A DNA stretch of 62,976 bases, counting the filler, from Lenisia limosa (taxonomy: Eukaryota; Protista; Breviatea): the NCBI GenBank assembly GCA_001655205.1. It is 13 parts of 13 records of this genome, joined end to end, with 100 filler letters (N's around TTAATTAATTAA, not from the genome) between each part and the next. Parts side by side here need not be neighbours in the genome. Positions count along the whole stretch, not along the records: positions 61,467 to 62,976 come from LPNZ01006522.1; 12 more parts are not named here. One strand, written 5' to 3'. The translations under genes were made by a program, and so were the position numbers. Under the pieces are notes generated by a model, which saw only the letters and a program-made list of their open reading frames with translations, was not told where the DNA came from and did not search any database. This document shows positions 61,670 through 62,976 of the stretch, piece by piece; the first letter of the stretch is position 1, and every line of letters begins with the position of its first letter.

Positions 61670-62643
61670 GACTGCCATAAACTTGAAGCGCTTCGCGTTG
61701 AAATCCGACATAATGAGGGTTTCTATAAAAAGGCAATTGAAGAACAGATATGTTACCTCTTTCACTTGGCAAGAAGAGTGACTAACTCAGACCTTAGTCA
61801 AAGAACTGCCGCTTTTCTCCTCAAGGTACATTGTTATAGGATATAAGCTAACCCCAATCACAAAAACTGCCCACAACCGCTGCTGCGCCTTGAAGGCTTG
61901 CTTGAGAGCGTTTTACATCGCGACTCACCCAGACCACGTCAACAAAGCGTTCTCTGCTGCAGGAATTATTATTAGCCGCATTAATAACGAAGTCGTTATC
62001 GACCCCTCTCGTTGCTTCCCATTTGCCCAATCCCGAAGGTGCCTTCTCTTTACCCCTCTGCCCTCCATCCCGATCAGCCCTCTACTCCTGTGTGATCAAC
62101 ACTCTCACCATTATCCATCACCTTAAGGTTTGCAAGTTCCAAGATTCTTCAGTTTCTCGTCAAGGGTGGGAAGCTTTGGTTCGCGATGAGTTGACTGAGG
62201 CCGAAGTTGCTATCTATGATTCTCAGCCCGACGCTCTGCCCTGAGCTAACCGCAAGAATGTCAAGCAGACCGTAACAGTTGCTTATGAAGCAGAAACTAT
62301 TCGAGAAAAATAACACTGATTACGCCAGAAGCAAGAAGGAGGGAAATGGTTGAAGAAATCAAGGCTGAAGTAGCGGCAAAAAGAAGGAAGAGCAGCGTCT
62401 GAAGAGACAAGGTAGTCACATTGTGCTGAAAGTTAATATCTTATCAATTGTCGTTGTATCTGTTTCTTTAGCTCGGAAAGCGGAAATGGAAAAGGTTGCC
62501 GAAAAGAAAAGGAAGAACAGCGCCTCAAAGCTATTGGTTGGATTTTGATAATAATGTGAAAATAATAGTATTTGAGGGTGAGTCTAATTTATATTTAGCT
62601 CAGAAAGCTGCTAAGAAGGAAGAGGATAGTATCAAGAAGCTTG
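61670..62643 (+). pseudogene. Spliced, disrupted ORF resembling the C-terminal part of a pogo/Fot1-type DDE transposase
   Basis: AAFLLK|ACLRAFYIATHPDHVNKAFSAAGI fits the post-DDE pattern F..l..A...a.t...i..aF..aGi, followed by a K/E coiled coil. In-frame TGA at 62242-62244 and a frameshift near 62310; canonical introns are still visible. Confidence 0.4.
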
Positions 62644-62976
62644 GTACGCGCCTTTAATTCAGGTTTTTCTTATTTCACTTTGCTCGCAAAACAGAAATCC
62701 AATCAAAGCAATGCAAAAAGGTTTGCCGGAATATTATGGAAAAGTAGGATTATGTACAATTGTGATTATTGTAGGCCGTCGCTCCCGCAAATAGTTTATC
62801 TGTTGGCTGTATTTCCGCTGTTGTGTTTTAATATATACATATACTATATTGTTTACTTATCATTTATCGTATCTTATATTATATGCACAAATAGAAAATA
62901 AGAGTAAAAAAAAAAGACTTTCTCAGAAAACGCAATTTCAAAAAACTGGGCCCCTTCATATGCACTGGGCCCCTTT

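Noticed and set aside
62242-62244. In-frame TGA as evidence of stop-codon reassignment or selenocysteine
   Set aside because: TGA ends the TFIIA, depolymerase and SWEET genes normally, the tRNA-Trp has a standard CCA anticodon, and the same ORF also has frameshifts.

Overview
This window is not one locus. It is 13 draft-assembly contigs joined by an artificial 100-bp spacer (44 N + TTAATTAATTAA + 44 N) at 10058, 29090, 32960, 35332, 37141, 39827, 43630, 45689, 51275, 58359, 59668 and 61367, with further internal N gaps. Twelve contigs come from an intron-rich eukaryote (short GT-AG introns, C-rich acceptors); I cannot assign the species by eye. One contig (35432-37140) looks bacterial. Genes reconstructed by manual splicing: SWEET-like transporter, tRNA-Trp(CCA), WD40 protein, BCP1/BCCIP, divergent PWWP chromatin protein, cbEGF protein, secreted PHB-depolymerase-like hydrolase, CD2BP2-like GYF protein, TFIIA large subunit, an ankyrin protein and several hypotheticals. 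Three observations stand out. (1) A >3,100-aa single-pass surface protein (10160-22230) with at least 7 copies of an unrecognised ~145-aa beta repeat, a Cys-stapled amphipathic helical hairpin, LRRs, REJ and a GPS motif, but only one TM helix. (2) A ~130-150-bp repeat at the 3' end of introns in six unrelated genes, in the host sense orientation and ending at or near the acceptor AG. (3) A pile of truncated non-LTR-retrotransposon remnants directly upstream of the tRNA gene. All protein calls rest on recognised motifs, not database searches.
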